Of a stretch of 36,662 nucleotides of DNA, positions 34,301-36,662 are shown one piece after another; within the stretch, counting starts at the first letter, position 1; each line of letters opens with the position of its first letter. A program made the translations under genes and the position numbers. Source of the stretch: Trichosphaerium sp. ATCC 40318 (lineage: Eukaryota > Protista > Tubulinea); NCBI GenBank assembly GCA_038496445.1, contig JALMLS010000475.1:1-36662 (forward strand). The letters are read 5' to 3'. The notes beneath the pieces were generated by a model. It did no database searches and was not told where the DNA came from. It was given only the letters and a program-made list of their open reading frames with translations.

Positions 34301-36662
34301 GCTACTCATCATGGTAGACACAAATAGAAATTGTTTTACACGAAAACCGTAATGGGAAACAGTACGTACGCCTTGAGGTGAAAGATGGATTGGATCTATC
34401 TTATCAGAAGTTGTACGTTGGCTACATGATTTTTGGCTTTCCAATTTACTGATGGTATCAATAACATAGTTCTCAGGAGCCATAGAGATCTCAGTACGAC
34501 CTGTTGTAAGCTAAAAAATAAATGTTAACAAAGAAAATAGCGAATAAAAAAAGAAATAAAAGAATATCTCTCGTACGACATCATTGCCAGCAGTGAAATA
34601 AATGAAGTGGTTGTTTGTATCATTAACAATAGCAACAACATGCAATTTACCAGGAGCTTGGTATGGTACCATAGCAACTCTAGAAAGAGAACATTAACCC
34701 AAAGAAACAGTGTCTAATCAAAAAAAAATACGAACCTAATAACTTCAGGTGGACTTGGAAGTTTGAACTTAATCTTTGATGTTCTTTCACCATTTTCCCA
34801 TGTGATGTAGTCAGACACAACATGAAGCCTCTCAGTAAAGTCGAGATAAGGCAACACATTGAGGTTGGTTGGAATCTTAGGTTGTGTAACAAGAGTACGT
34901 CCATTAGCGTCATAAGGTTCTACGCTCATCTCAAGACGGAAGTGTACACATCCACGAATCTCTGGAATGTTTGCAGCGGCTTCATAGATACCGAGGGTAT
35001 AATCGCCAGCAGCCAATCCCTTGACAGTAAGGATATTACTTGTGAGAGTATTTCTACCAAAGTAAACTTCATTGTCGCTCTCTAAATTATACAAAGTTAG
35101 TAACCATCTTTTTTGAAGAGCACTGTTAACTACGTACCTTTCTTTTTCAACTTGATGAACAAGTCACTGGTTAAAAAGTCATAACCGACAGCAACATAAA
35201 GGTTGAAAGAAGTTTGGAAGCTAACAGAGTATTCCTTGGCAAGTGGAGTCTCAACTTGTGGAAAGTAAGATTTATCACTAAAAAAAAAGTCAGCAACTTG
35301 AAGATTTCTGTACACAAGAATAAAATATAGTGGCAGTACCTAGCGTAGTTATAGATGCTCAAGGTCTTTCTACCAAGAAGAGGTTGTGCCTTGACTTCAG
35401 GGAAGTGAGCAGGAGTTGGAGAGCAGCTAGTAGGCAAGTATCTATTGGAAACAGGTAGTGGCAGAACAGCAACAACCATTGAGAAAGCACTGCAAGGATC
35501 AACAGTGCTAGAATCAAGATGCCAGAACTTAAGAACGATTTTGTACTCATAACCAGGAGAAATCTTTGCAACGAAAGATTCTTCATCGTACAAGTTTCTA
35601 CCGCTAGCGATTCTAGTTCCATTTTGAGTGAGAGATACATCAATATCAACAGTAGATCTATCAACAAAGACACGAATGACAGAAACCGTCTTTACGCTGA
35701 ATTCGATTTGACGTGTAGTCAAAGCAGCTTGATCAACACCATCAGGTACATATAATCTAGTAGTTGATTCAGTACAAAGGTAATCGCTCAACAAAAAAAA
35801 AAACTAAACAACAAAAAAATACCTTAGTGGTACGGTTGAGCGTTTGCTGCCCTTCATGTATCTGATAGTATCAAGGGTCTTTGGTATTTCAACAGCATCT
35901 TCACCAGGACATTTTGGACTCTTCCAGTCGCTTGTGGTGTATGTATTCATCAAGAATGACATATGTCCGCATCTAAAGTTAAAAAGAAAATAAGCAAAAG
36001 AAGTACAACAACAAGAGCGTCGTACCGAGGAAGAACTGGATTACCGAATACATGATGATCAAATTGAGTTATTCTTAACATGTACGTTCTACCAGGGGAC
36101 AAAATTGCAGACAAGTAGTTGTAATTGTACATAGCAACACCGTATGACTCAATAGAAACTAATCAAAAAAAGTTAATATCATCCAAACCTCAAAGAAAAT
36201 ATAAAAATCAAACGTACTATCAGTAGCGTTCTCAGGGTTGACACTGTAGAGCTCAGCACGGAAATTGCTTGTCAAGAAGTCGCTACCAATACCAAATTCG
36301 AAGGCCATATTGCTACCAGTAGTGCTAAAGGTATATTCCTTGATTTGAGGACCTAGTAAAAAAAAATAGTTAAGATAATGATGATTTGCTAATTATGAAA
36401 AAAGTAGTACTTTTAATGAATGTATAGTATTCCACAGTTTCAGTGCCGTTAAAGTACTTGTTGGTACCATACGAGATACCATCAAAGATACTTCTTGAAG
36501 GTAGTTTATCAACAATATTCGTTGGGCAAGGAGCAGATATAAAGTAGTCAGGGTCAAGAGGTGATACAGCCATCTCAAAGGTCATTTCAGGACAGAACTC
36601 ATCTTAAACAAAAAATTAGTAACAAGAAAAAAAAAACAATTTGCTCGCAGCTTCTTGTAAAG
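31348..36662 (-). CDS. Large multi-exon type I membrane protein (5' end outside the window): repeated beta-rich modules, Ig-like domain, Pro/Thr stalk, TM helix, acidic tail
   Basis: Recurring G(Y/S)(D/E)FL, DIDVxL, SPGxxYxLxI, CxxFxxxMxV motifs; TPTIEQVLPPAG…GHTYELSL…IQSEAG (Big_5-like); PTASPTGVAPTP stalk; IISAVIGALIFIAAAIYCCRRC; poly-Asp tail; TAA at 31348. Confidence 0.85.

Overview
AT-rich, intron-dense eukaryotic (protist-like, possibly amoebozoan) DNA with ~40-60 nt GT-AG introns and CTAAC/CTAAT/CTGAT branch points, so the ORF track shows only exon fragments. By manual splicing, most of the window is a cluster of four paralogous receptor genes: one inverted 5' half at 1-2009, and full copies at 5865-10672, 19219-23294 and 25898-30690. 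Each encodes a signal peptide, a pectin-lyase/Pmp-like parallel beta-helix ectodomain, a class C (GABA-B/Grl-like) 7TM domain and a C-terminal coiled coil. The 7TM parts are nearly identical. The ectodomains differ by an in-frame length-variable loop, patchwork (gene-conversion-like) blocks and a variable number of same-phase one-rung-per-exon cassettes. Between the copies lie degenerate fragments (F-box/LRR, MORN-variant repeat, NACHT/WD40-like, broken receptor pieces), three TIR transposon families and an unusual KCTD-type BTB + FG + GLEBS (Nup98-like) gene. The right end holds the 3' part of a large multi-exon type I membrane protein on the minus strand. All exon structures and family calls come from reading the sequence by eye; no searches were run.
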